64,000 bases of DNA from Alphaproteobacteria bacterium (GTDB lineage Bacteria; Pseudomonadota; Alphaproteobacteria; UBA828), in the NCBI GenBank assembly GCA_965220745.1, contig CBDCQT010000012.1, positions 608,001 to 672,000 of the forward strand. Direction: 5' to 3'. Below, in pieces: positions 10,001 through 18,477 of the stretch. A program made the position numbers and the translations under genes. Position 1 is the stretch's first letter. Every line of letters starts with the position of its first letter. The notes below the pieces were generated by a model that searched no databases, was not told the DNA's origin, and saw nothing but the letters and a program-made list of their open reading frames with translations.

Positions 10001-10552
10001 ATGATCCGCCTGTTCGTCGCTCTCGCGCTGCCGGAGGACGTCCGCCGCCGCATGGAGGGGTTGCGGGGCGGCTTGCCCGGCGCGCGCTGGCAGAGCGCGG
10101 AGCAGATGCACCTCACGCTCCGCTTCATCGGCGAGGTGGATGGCGGTGCTTTTCGCGAGATCGGGGACGCGCTCGGCGACATCGAGGCGGAGACCTTCTC
10201 GCTGACGCTGGATGGCGTCGGACACTTCCCGCCGCGCGGGCGGGCGCGCATCGTCTGGGCCGGCGTGGTGCCGAATCCGGCGCTCACGCACTTGCGCGAG
10301 CGCACCGAGTCTACGATCACCAGCCTCGGCTTCGAGCCTGACGGCCGCAATTTTGCGCCCCACGTCACGCTCGCGCGCCTCACCGCCCGCGTGCCGGCCC
10401 ATCGGATGCAAGACTTCGTCTCCTACCACGGCATGTTCAACAGCGGGCCGTTCGCGGTGCGCTCGTTCGAGCTTTTCTCGAGCCATCTCGGCGCAGGCGG
10501 CGCGCATTACGAGATCGAGGCGAGCTACCCGCTGGTGGGCGCGGAAACCTAG
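10001..10552 (+). CDS. thpR: RNA 2',3'-cyclic phosphodiesterase (2H family)
   Basis: MIRLFVAL start and two HxT motifs (HLTLRFIG, PHVTLAR). Confidence 0.9.
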   Translation: MIRLFVALALPEDVRRRMEGLRGGLPGARWQSAEQMHLTLRFIGEVDGGAFREIGDALGDIEAETFSLTLDGVGHFPPRGRARIVWAGVVPNPALTHLRERTESTITSLGFEPDGRNFAPHVTLARLTARVPAHRMQDFVSYHGMFNSGPFAVRSFELFSSHLGAGGAHYEIEASYPLVGAET

Positions 10553-10582
10553 TTATCGGTCGAGGCTCCGGCGCGCGCCACG

Positions 10583-10981
10583 TCATCCGGTTTCCTCGAT
10601 CCGTTCCATGTCCTCGTCCGAGAGGCCGAAATGGTGGCCGATCTCGTGGATCAGCACGTGGCGGACCACGTCCTCCAGGCTATTGCCGGTCTCGACCCAG
10701 TAGTCGAGGAGCGGCCGGCGGTAGAGGAAGATCAGGTCGACATCCTCGCGGATGTCGTGGACCCCGCTCTGGTCGAGGGAGACGCCCTGATAGAGGCCGA
10801 GTAGCTCGTAGGGGCTCTCCAGTTCCATCTCCTCCTGCACCTCGTCGCTGGGAAAGTCCACGACCTGGATCATCACCGGGTCGACCTTCTCGCGCATGAA
10901 GGCGGGGATGCGGCGGTATTCACGGTCCGCGATCGACTCGATGTCCGCCGCGCTCGGCGCCTGGGTTTTTTGCCCGCTCAT
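10583..10981 (-). CDS. Zincin-like metallopeptidase family protein (DUF1025 type)
   Basis: LLGLYQG, IFLYRRP, HVLIHEIGHHFGLSD. Confidence 0.88.
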   Translation of the reverse strand: MSGQKTQAPSAADIESIADREYRRIPAFMREKVDPVMIQVVDFPSDEVQEEMELESPYELLGLYQGVSLDQSGVHDIREDVDLIFLYRRPLLDYWVETGNSLEDVVRHVLIHEIGHHFGLSDEDMERIEETG

Positions 10982-11076
10982 GGCGGCAAGCCTAAAGCCT
11001 ATGCGGCCTTAGAGAAATCGTGCGGGGCGCTATACTGCGCCGCTTCGAGGGAATGCAGGCTGGGGAGGCCGGGACG

Positions 11077-11907
11077 GTGAGCAACAGAGAGGCGCTGCTG
11101 CGCGCACTCCGCGAGCAGGCGCTCGACATCCGGCGCAATACGTGGCGGGCGTTGCGTGCGGCGGGTTCCGGCCACATGGGGGGCTCGCTCTCTGCGGCCG
11201 ACCTGCTGGCTGCGCTCTACTTCCACTACCTCAACCTCCGACCCGACGAGCCCGACTGGCCCGAGCGCGACCGCTTCGTGCTTTCCAAGGGGCACGCCAA
11301 CACGGCGCTCGGCGCGGTGCTGGCCCAGGCTGGCTTCGTGGACGACGGGTTCATCGACACCTTCTACGCCTACGAATCGCGATTCGGCATGCACCCGGAC
11401 ATCAAGGTCCCCGGCATCGAGATGTGCACCGGCGCCCTCGGCCACGGCCTCTCGGTCGGGCTCGGCATGGCGCTCGGGTCCAGGCTGCAGGGCAAGGACT
11501 GGCGCACCGTGGTGATGCTGGGCGACGGCGAGCTGCAGGAAGGCTCCAACTGGGAGGCGGCGATGGCCGCCGCCCATCTGGCGCCGCTCCGACTCACCGC
11601 CATCCTCGACTACAACAAGGTGCAGCAGAGCGGCCACGTCGCCGAGATGCTGGGGCTGGAGCCGCTGGCGGACAAGTGGCGGGCCTTCGGCTGGTCCGTG
11701 CCCGAATGCGACGGGCACGACATGGGAGAGATCGTCGATGCCCTGGACGCGCTGCCCGCCGCACCTGACAAGCCCTCGCTGCTCATCGCCCACACGGTCA
11801 AGGGCAAGGGCGCGAGCTTCGCCGAGGACACCTACCTCTGGCACAACAACGCGGTGGGCGACGAGGTCTACGAGAAGGCCATGGCCGAGCTGGGAGAGCC
11901 CGCATGA
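11077..11907 (+). CDS. Transketolase, N-terminal (TPP-binding) subunit
   Basis: GHMGGSLS, RDRFVLSKGHA, GDGELQEG..WEA, AHTVKGKG; GGAGG RBS before the GTG at 11077. Confidence 0.9.
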   Translation: MSNREALLRALREQALDIRRNTWRALRAAGSGHMGGSLSAADLLAALYFHYLNLRPDEPDWPERDRFVLSKGHANTALGAVLAQAGFVDDGFIDTFYAYESRFGMHPDIKVPGIEMCTGALGHGLSVGLGMALGSRLQGKDWRTVVMLGDGELQEGSNWEAAMAAAHLAPLRLTAILDYNKVQQSGHVAEMLGLEPLADKWRAFGWSVPECDGHDMGEIVDALDALPAAPDKPSLLIAHTVKGKGASFAEDTYLWHNNAVGDEVYEKAMAELGEPA

Positions 11908-12884
11908 ATGCGCCCAAGCAGGGCAACGGGGCGGAGCCCGCCTGGGTCAAGGCGGCGGCCAACCAATCGCGATTGGCCTTCGGGCTGGCCGTGACCGAGC
12001 TTGGCCGGCGCGACGAGCGGGTGGTCGCGGTCGGCGCCGATACCCTCGACCTCATCGGGCTCAGGGGCTTCATCGAGCACGCGCCCGCGCGGGTCATCGA
12101 CGTCGGCATCGCCGAGCAGAACGCCATGGGCGTGGCCGCGGGGCTCGCCACCACGGGGCTTCGCCCCTTCGTCTGCGGCTACGCGCCCTTCATCACCGCG
12201 CGCTCCATGGAGCAGATCCGCAACGAGGTCGCCTACGCCGATCAGCGCGTGGTGATCGGTGCGGCGGCGAGCGGGGTCTCGCTCGCCGTCTCCGGCGGCA
12301 CCCATCATGCGCTGGAGGACCTGGCGCTAATGCGGAGCCTGCCCAACATGACGGTGCTGGTACCGGCGGACGCCCACGAGGCCTGGCACGCGACGCTGGC
12401 CACCGACGAGATCGACGGCCCCGCCTACATTCGCCTCGGCGGGCGCGTGCCCGAGCCCCCGGTGACGCCCGTCGATGCGCCGTTCAGCCTGGGCCGGGCC
12501 GCGTGTCTAGCCGAGGGCTCGGACGTCGCCGTGATCGCCTGCGGGGCCCTGGTGGCGCCGGCCGTGGACGCGGCAAAGGAACTCGCCGAGCAGGGTATCG
12601 GCGCGCGTGTCCTCAACATGTCTACGATCAAGCCGCTGGACGAGGATGCGGTCCTCGCCGCTGCCGAGGAGACGCGCGGCATCGTCACCGCCGAGGAGCA
12701 TCATCTGACCGGCGGGCTCGGCGGCGCGGTGGCGGAGTTGCTCGCCGTCAGGCGGCCGACGCCCATGCGCATGGTCGGCATGCCCGACGAGTTCGCGGTC
12801 GTCGGCCCTACCGACCGCATCCGCGCGCGCTACGGCATGAGCGCCCGGCACATCGTGGACGCTTGCCTCGACCTGTTGGGCTAG
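11904..12884 (+). CDS. Transketolase, C-terminal subunit
   Basis: DVGIAEQN, GGTHHALED, TIKPLD, EEH...GGLG; ATGA overlap with the N-terminal subunit. Confidence 0.9.
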   Translation: MNAPKQGNGAEPAWVKAAANQSRLAFGLAVTELGRRDERVVAVGADTLDLIGLRGFIEHAPARVIDVGIAEQNAMGVAAGLATTGLRPFVCGYAPFITARSMEQIRNEVAYADQRVVIGAAASGVSLAVSGGTHHALEDLALMRSLPNMTVLVPADAHEAWHATLATDEIDGPAYIRLGGRVPEPPVTPVDAPFSLGRAACLAEGSDVAVIACGALVAPAVDAAKELAEQGIGARVLNMSTIKPLDEDAVLAAAEETRGIVTAEEHHLTGGLGGAVAELLAVRRPTPMRMVGMPDEFAVVGPTDRIRARYGMSARHIVDACLDLLG

Positions 12885-12927
12885 GGGCGCTGCGCCACAA
12901 CCGCTTCCACTTGCGGGGAGAGTGGAA

Positions 12928-13623
12928 ATGAGACGCACGACAGTTCTGGGATGCGCGTTGTTGGTCGTTGCCGGTTGCGGTGGCGGAAGCAACAGCGTCG
13001 AAGAGATGATGACCACGGGGCCGGTTCAGCCTGCCAGCGAAGCCACGCTAAGCACCACTGGCGAATTTCGAGCCGTCCCGATCAATGGCACCGGAGTTGC
13101 CTTCACGGCGGAATTCTACAAATGGGGGGTATGGGGAGGAGTCCTCAGAGACGACTATGTCACGTGCACGGCCATCGGTTGTCCGCCCGCGGGCGAAGCA
13201 ATCTTTTGGGCGTACCTGACCAGCGAGACCGACGGGACGATCACCGCAACAGTGCACGGCGCACAGTCGGGAACGTCGCCGGTGAGCGGGAGCGCCGTGT
13301 GGAGCGGCGATGTCCACGCCTATGAGACGGAAGACGTTACGACCTCCGGGGGGATGTCCGTCACGACTTACGCGCCAGTGGAAGGTGACGCGCGGCTGGA
13401 GGTCGACTTCGCGGCCGCTACCGTCGATATCGATTTCACGAACTTGGACAACAGCCAGGCAGACATGTCCTGGGACGGGCTCGCCGTGGACAACGGCGCG
13501 TTCGGGAGCGGAGCCGCGGGCATAGCGGGCTCGTTCTATGGCGCGGGTCATGAAGGCGCCGCCGGCACCTTCGCCCGCGACGGCCTTGCGGGCGTGTTCG
13601 GCGCTCTCCGCTCTTCCAACTGA
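12928..13623 (+). CDS. Surface lipoprotein with a transferrin-binding-protein-like C-terminal beta barrel
   Basis: Lipobox VAG-C followed by GGGS; SGSAVWSG...GDARLEVDF...GSFYGAGHEGAAGTF...GVFGA barrel signature. Confidence 0.7.
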   Translation: MRRTTVLGCALLVVAGCGGGSNSVEEMMTTGPVQPASEATLSTTGEFRAVPINGTGVAFTAEFYKWGVWGGVLRDDYVTCTAIGCPPAGEAIFWAYLTSETDGTITATVHGAQSGTSPVSGSAVWSGDVHAYETEDVTTSGGMSVTTYAPVEGDARLEVDFAAATVDIDFTNLDNSQADMSWDGLAVDNGAFGSGAAGIAGSFYGAGHEGAAGTFARDGLAGVFGALRSSN

Positions 13624-14061
13624 GCCGGCGCAGGCGGTTCCACCGTCGCCACCTGTACCCTCCTTTTGCCCCGGACCATGGTGCGGTGCTCGGCGGGCAG
13701 CGGCCGCGTCATGATCGCGCCATGCGGAACGAGGGCGAGCGGCGCGCGATGGTAGTGGCAAGGGGGCGCTTCCCGGTCGAGGGGTTGCCGTCTGCGCCGG
13801 CGGCCGCCCGTCCGGCAGTCCCGAACTTGTCCCACGCATCCCGCCTAATCCCGGCGTGTCTCGCCTCAAATTTTTGTTTCGCGTCCCATGTCCTTGGAGC
13901 GGGCCGGCATCGTCGATCCAGGCGCACCCGTCTGGATTACGAGGTCTGCACCCGTCGCGAGCTTGCGTCTCCTCAGCGATGACATGAGAATGGCAGGCGT
14001 GGCCGGGGCGGCGGCTAAGCGCCCCGGTGCCCCGGAAATGTCAGCGTGCGGGAGGTCGGCG

Positions 14062-15552
14062 ATGCTCGAACGCTCCGAATGGTACGATATCGCGCGGGAT
14101 ACCAACTGGACGCCCTCCTACGTCTCGCAGGAGGCGCTGTTTCCGCCCGAGATGGGCGATCCCTACGGCATTCCCACCGAGGAGTGGGAGACCTTCGACG
14201 AGCCTTACAAGGTCTCCTACCGCGAGTACGTGAACATTCAGCGCGAGAAGGATTCGGCCGCCTACTCGGTGAAGGCGGCGCTGGCGCGCTCCAAGTTCCA
14301 CGACGAGGCCGATGAGGGCTGGGCCTGCGTGCTCAAGCTGCACTACGGCGCCGTGGCGCTCACCGAGTACCAGGCCTGCCAGTTCCAGGCGCGGATGTCG
14401 CGCTTCGGCCCGTCGCCCGCGATGCGCAACATGTCGGTCTACGGCATGCTGGACGAGCTGCGGCACACGCAGCTTCAGCTCTTCTTCCCGCACGAGCTGG
14501 TCCACCGCGACCGCCAGTACGACTGGGCCCACGAGGCCCAGCACTCCAAGAACTGGGCGGTTTTAGGCGGCCGCCACGCCATGGACGACATCATGATGAC
14601 GCGGGACGCGATCACGTCTTCGGTGATGGTCTCCTTCGCCTTCGAGACCGCGCTCACCAACCTGCAGATGATCGGGCTTTCGACCGACGCCGCCAATCTG
14701 GGCGACCACACCTTCGCCAACCTGATCACCAGCATCCAGTCGGACGAGGCCCGTCACGCCCAGCTCGGCACGCCCACCATCGAGATCATGATCCGCAACG
14801 GCCGCAAGGAGGAAGCGCAGCAGGCCATGGACATCGCGCTCTGGCGGGTCTGGCGGCTCTTCTCGATCACTGTCGGCATCCCGATGGACTACTACATCCC
14901 GCTCGAGCAGCGGCACATGTCCTTCAAGGAGTTCATGCACGAGTGGGTGATCAACCAGTGGGAGCGGCAGGTGCAGGACCTCGGCCTGGAGCGGCCGTGG
15001 TACTGGGACATCTTCCTCCTCGACATCGACAATCACCACCACTGCCAGCAGGGCGGCATCTGGTCGTGGCGGCCGACGGTCTGGTGGAACCCGCCGGGCG
15101 CGGTGGGGCCCAAGGAGCGTGCGTGGCTGGAGGAGAAGTATCCCGGCTGGAACAAGAGCTACGGCAGCTATTGGGATGTCATCACCAACAACCTGCTGCA
15201 GGGGCACGAGGAAAAGACGCATCCCCAGTGCATCCCGATCATCTGCAACATGTGCCAGATTCCGATCTCGCACCGGCCGGGCCCGGAGTGGGGCGCCCGC
15301 GCCTACCAGCGCGAGTACGGCGAGCGGCGCTACAACTTCTGCACCGAGGTGTGCCGCTGGATCTTCGATACCGACCCGGAGCGCTACAAGGACCACGAGA
15401 CCATCGTGGACCGCATGTATTCGGGCGAGATCGATCCGCCGACGTTGGAGAACGTGCTCACCTACATGGGCATCGGCGTGATCAGCGAGGGCGGCCGCGA
15501 CGGTCACGACTACCGTTGGGTCGAGGGTTTTCGCGCCCAGGCGGCGGAATAG
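14062..15552 (+). CDS. tmoA: Soluble di-iron monooxygenase hydroxylase alpha subunit, toluene/alkene monooxygenase group (TmoA/TouA-like)
   Basis: WYDIARDTNWTPSYV, DEPYK.SY.EYV..QREKD, di-iron motifs DELRH and DEARH, WLEEKYPGW, C-terminal YHS-like region; GGAGG RBS at 14051. Confidence 0.93.
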   Translation: MLERSEWYDIARDTNWTPSYVSQEALFPPEMGDPYGIPTEEWETFDEPYKVSYREYVNIQREKDSAAYSVKAALARSKFHDEADEGWACVLKLHYGAVALTEYQACQFQARMSRFGPSPAMRNMSVYGMLDELRHTQLQLFFPHELVHRDRQYDWAHEAQHSKNWAVLGGRHAMDDIMMTRDAITSSVMVSFAFETALTNLQMIGLSTDAANLGDHTFANLITSIQSDEARHAQLGTPTIEIMIRNGRKEEAQQAMDIALWRVWRLFSITVGIPMDYYIPLEQRHMSFKEFMHEWVINQWERQVQDLGLERPWYWDIFLLDIDNHHHCQQGGIWSWRPTVWWNPPGAVGPKERAWLEEKYPGWNKSYGSYWDVITNNLLQGHEEKTHPQCIPIICNMCQIPISHRPGPEWGARAYQREYGERRYNFCTEVCRWIFDTDPERYKDHETIVDRMYSGEIDPPTLENVLTYMGIGVISEGGRDGHDYRWVEGFRAQAAE

Positions 15553-15585
15553 CCAAGCGGCACCTATCGCGTTGCTGAGGGCGGC

Positions 15586-15858
15586 ATGAGCGCGTTCCCG
15601 ATTCTCTCGCGCTTCCAGCAGGACGCGCACATCAAGACGGTGGAAATCGAGCCGGGCCAGACCATGGACGAGGTGGCGGCGGCCTGCGCCTTCCACTCGA
15701 TCGGGCTGCACGTGGCGGACAAGCCAGGCCGGACGCTGCGCGTGCGGCCCACCACCGAGGACGACTCCGCGCCGCCCTGGCCGCGCGATCTCACGGTCGA
15801 GAAGGCGGGCATCCGCTTCTACGACTGCATCGACATCTATTTCGAAGAGCCCCGGTAG
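15586..15858 (+). CDS. tmoB: Monooxygenase hydroxylase gamma subunit (TmoB-like)
   Basis: MSAFP start, TMDEVA..CAFHS, PRDLTVEKAG, IDIYFEE. Confidence 0.88.
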   Translation: MSAFPILSRFQQDAHIKTVEIEPGQTMDEVAAACAFHSIGLHVADKPGRTLRVRPTTEDDSAPPWPRDLTVEKAGIRFYDCIDIYFEEPR

Positions 15859-15891
15859 CCCACGCGCACCGGGGATTGGAGTGACCGACGC

Positions 15892-16227
15892 ATGGCGTTC
15901 AAGAAGGCCTGCACGCTGGACGACATCTGGGAAGGCGACATGGAGACCTTCGACGTGGATGGCACCGAGGTGCTGCTCGTCCATGTCGAAGGCGAGGGCA
16001 TTCACGCGCTCCAGGCGCAGTGCCCGCATCAGGAGGTGGACTTGGTGGACGGCGATCTCGACGGCCGGGTGCTGACCTGCATGATGCACCTCTGGGAGTT
16101 CGACGTGGTGGCGGGCAAGGGGGTGAACCCAGCCGATGCCGAGATCGCCCAGTATCCGGTCAAGATCGAGGGCGAGGACGTCCTGGTCGATGTCGAGGGC
16201 ATCGAGCCCAAGCATGCCAAGCCCTGA
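15892..16227 (+). CDS. tmoC: Rieske [2Fe-2S] ferredoxin (TmoC-like)
   Basis: LDDIWEGDM, QAQCPHQ...LTCMMHLWEFD (CxH/CxxH), GKGVNP. Confidence 0.9.
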   Translation: MAFKKACTLDDIWEGDMETFDVDGTEVLLVHVEGEGIHALQAQCPHQEVDLVDGDLDGRVLTCMMHLWEFDVVAGKGVNPADAEIAQYPVKIEGEDVLVDVEGIEPKHAKP

Positions 16228-16254
16228 CGGTGCGGCTTAGCGGGAGGAACGGCG

Positions 16255-16560
16255 ATGAGCGGTGACGACACGGCACGCAAGAACGCGGTCGGCCCGGTGC
16301 TGCGCGCGGGCGAGGTCGCCGATGCCGTGGTCGAGGCCCTGGAGGAGGATAATCCCGGCAAGGAGTTCACGGTCGAGGACCGGGTCGCTTACGTCCGGGC
16401 CGAGACCGAGGGCGAGTGCGTGGTGCGGGCAGAGACCGTGGCGCGGGTGCTCGGCCGGCCGTTCAAGATCGCCGAGCTGGAGGTCAATCTCAGCTCATTC
16501 TCGGGCCGGATCGAGACCACTGATGACACCATGCGCTTCTACTTCGAGAAGAGGCTGTAG
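16255..16560 (+). CDS. tmoD: Monooxygenase effector/coupling protein (TmoD/MmoB/DmpM family)
   Basis: NAVGPVLRAG, EEDNPGKE, VEDRVAYVR, LGRPF, ELEVNLSSFSGRI. Confidence 0.9.
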   Translation: MSGDDTARKNAVGPVLRAGEVADAVVEALEEDNPGKEFTVEDRVAYVRAETEGECVVRAETVARVLGRPFKIAELEVNLSSFSGRIETTDDTMRFYFEKRL

Positions 16561-16636
16561 GCACTATCCAACCGGACAGGATCGTATCCAGTTGCTGCAA
16601 GTTTCCATTTCGCCTGAAGTGCGGCTAGAGACCCCC

Positions 16637-16743
16637 CCACCTCACCCCGGCCCTCTCCGCCCCCAGGGGCGGAGAGGGAGAGCCGCGTCGGCCCCACCCA
16701 CGTCCCCCCTCCGCCTTTGGGGGAGGGGGACAGGGGGAGGTGG
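16637..16743. repeat. Alphaproteobacterial palindromic element (CIR/RPE-like, two hairpins)
   Basis: 13-bp stem CCCTCTCCGCCCC/GGGGCGGAGAGGG (16651-16678), second stem at about 16703-16730, outer ends CCACCTC.../...GAGGTGG. Confidence 0.7.
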
Positions 16744-16831
16744 TTGTTCTTCGGACCGCAGTGATCCAGTCAGGCCGGATAATGCTCCAGAGACTCGCTC
16801 GCGATGGACGCGAAGGGCATTGGGCTGAGGC

Positions 16832-17131
16832 ATGGCGAGTGAGGCGCAGGGCGGCCGCGTTCAGGCCGCGATCCGCCAAAAACTGAGCGAGGCGCTGGCA
16901 CCCAGCCGCCTCGACATCGTGGACGATTCCGCGCGCCACGCCGGCCATGTCGGCGCGCGGCCCGAGGGCGAAAGCCACTTCATCGTGGAAATCGCCTCCG
17001 AACGCTTCGCCGGTCTCTCCCGCGTCGCCCGCCAGCGTCTGGTTCACAAGGTGCTCGAAGACGAGTTGCGCACCGACGTTCACGCCCTCGCACTGAAATC
17101 CCTCACCCCGGAAGAAGACGCCGCGCTGTAG
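16832..17131 (+). CDS. bolA: BolA family protein
   Basis: DDSARHAGH, GESHF, F.GLSRVARQRLV, VHALAL. Confidence 0.93.
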   Translation: MASEAQGGRVQAAIRQKLSEALAPSRLDIVDDSARHAGHVGARPEGESHFIVEIASERFAGLSRVARQRLVHKVLEDELRTDVHALALKSLTPEEDAAL

Positions 17132-17137
17132 GACGGC

Positions 17138-18070
17138 CTACTCCGCCGCCATCAGCGTCTCGACGTGGGTTGCCGCGCTGGCGCCGAGGGCGCGCAGGTC
17201 GTAGCCGCCTTCGAGGGTCGAGACGACGCGGCCGTCGCAAAGCTCGCCTGCCAACCGGGTCAACTCCGTGGTGATCCAGCGGTAGTCGTCTTCGACCAGC
17301 TCGAGGTTCGCCAGCGGATCGTCGCGGTGCGCGTCGAAGCCGGCAGAGATCAGGATCATCTCGGGGCGGAAGGCGCGGAGTGCCGGCAGCATTCGGCTCT
17401 CCATCGCATCGCGGAAGCCGGCGGAGCCCGTGCCCGGCGAGAGCGGCGCGTTGACGATGTTGCCGACGCCGGTTTCGCTTGCCGCGCCCGTGCCCGGATA
17501 GAGCGGCCACTGGTGGGTGGAGCCGAAGAAGAGGTCGCCGTCTTGCTCGAACGCGGCTTGCGTGCCATTGCCGTGGTGGACGTCGAAGTCGATCACGGCG
17601 ATCCGCGTCAGCCCGTGGGTGCGCCGTGCCCGCTCAGCCCCGATCACGACGTTGTTGAAGAGGCAGAAGCCCATCGGCCGGCGAGGCTCCGCATGGTGGC
17701 CCGGCGGACGCACCGCGCAGAAGGCGTTGTCCGCCTCGCCGGCGAACACCGCATCCACCGCAGCCGCGACCGCGCCCGCCGCGCGCCGCGCCGCTTCGCC
17801 CGAAGCGGGCGACATCACCGTGTCGGCGTCAATGGCGACCCGCCCTTCGGAGGGCACGTTGGTAAGAATGGCGTCCACCAGCTTCTCGTCGTGCGCCCAG
17901 GCAAGGATCTCGGCATCGCCCATGGGCGCCTCGCGGCGATCGAGCGGCTCGAAGGCGTCGGCGGCCAGCGCATCCTCAATCGCCCCCAACCGCGCGCCCG
18001 ATTCCGGGTGACGCGCGCCGGGGTCGTGGTCCGCGCACACGGGATGGCTGTATAGGATCGTCTTCGCCAC
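17138..18070 (-). CDS. Histone deacetylase family protein (acetyl-lysine/acetylpolyamine amidohydrolase)
   Basis: HPESGARL, RPPGHHA, MGFCLFNN, DFDVHHGNGT, SAGFDAH..DPL, LEGGY. Confidence 0.93.
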   Translation of the reverse strand: MAKTILYSHPVCADHDPGARHPESGARLGAIEDALAADAFEPLDRREAPMGDAEILAWAHDEKLVDAILTNVPSEGRVAIDADTVMSPASGEAARRAAGAVAAAVDAVFAGEADNAFCAVRPPGHHAEPRRPMGFCLFNNVVIGAERARRTHGLTRIAVIDFDVHHGNGTQAAFEQDGDLFFGSTHQWPLYPGTGAASETGVGNIVNAPLSPGTGSAGFRDAMESRMLPALRAFRPEMILISAGFDAHRDDPLANLELVEDDYRWITTELTRLAGELCDGRVVSTLEGGYDLRALGASAATHVETLMAAE

Positions 18071-18151
18071 GGCCTGCCCTCCAGTTGCCCAGAGCCTAGC
18101 ACGGCCTTATCGACGATGTTCCGCCGAAGCAAAATTCGCGGCTCATTGGGG

Positions 18152-18424
18152 CTAGCCCGCATTTCTCACCAAGGTCATGGTCTGCGCGGCGCCCTCGGGC
18201 CGACAGAGCAGGAAAGCGGCGCAGCGCGATGTGGTGCATCGGGCAAGAGCGGTTTGGCGCACTCTGTCGGCCCGAGGGCGCCGCCCTTCGGGTCGCGCCC
18301 AAGCGCCCGCCCGCGTCGTCGCGGACCTCAACCGTATTCCCTGATACGCTTTTCGGCCCGCTCCTTGCGGATCGAACGCCTGGACGCGACGCAGGCCGTG
18401 ACTTTGGTGAGAAATGCGGGCTAG
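18152..18424. mobile_element. Non-autonomous MITE: 265 bp between two CTAG copies, about 31-bp terminal inverted repeats, IS1380-like ends
   Basis: Left CTAG-CCCGCATTTCTCACCAAGGTCATGGTCTGCG; the right end is its reverse complement with 3 mismatches, then CTAG at 18421; no transposase inside. Confidence 0.8.
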
Positions 18425-18477
18425 ACCTGCGCCGGATAATCGCCACATTGTGGATTAACGATTCGAGGGAGGAATCG

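Noticed and set aside
13624-14061. Possible sigma-54 promoter, hidden beta-subunit remnant, or longer tmoA start at 13888
   Set aside because: TGGCA sites lack GG-N10-GC spacing; no TmoE-like peptide seen; RBS and homology favour 14062
16262-16833. ORFs downstream of tmoD as a candidate tmoE
   Set aside because: Pro/Gly/Arg-rich translations of the palindromic repeat with no hydroxylase motifs
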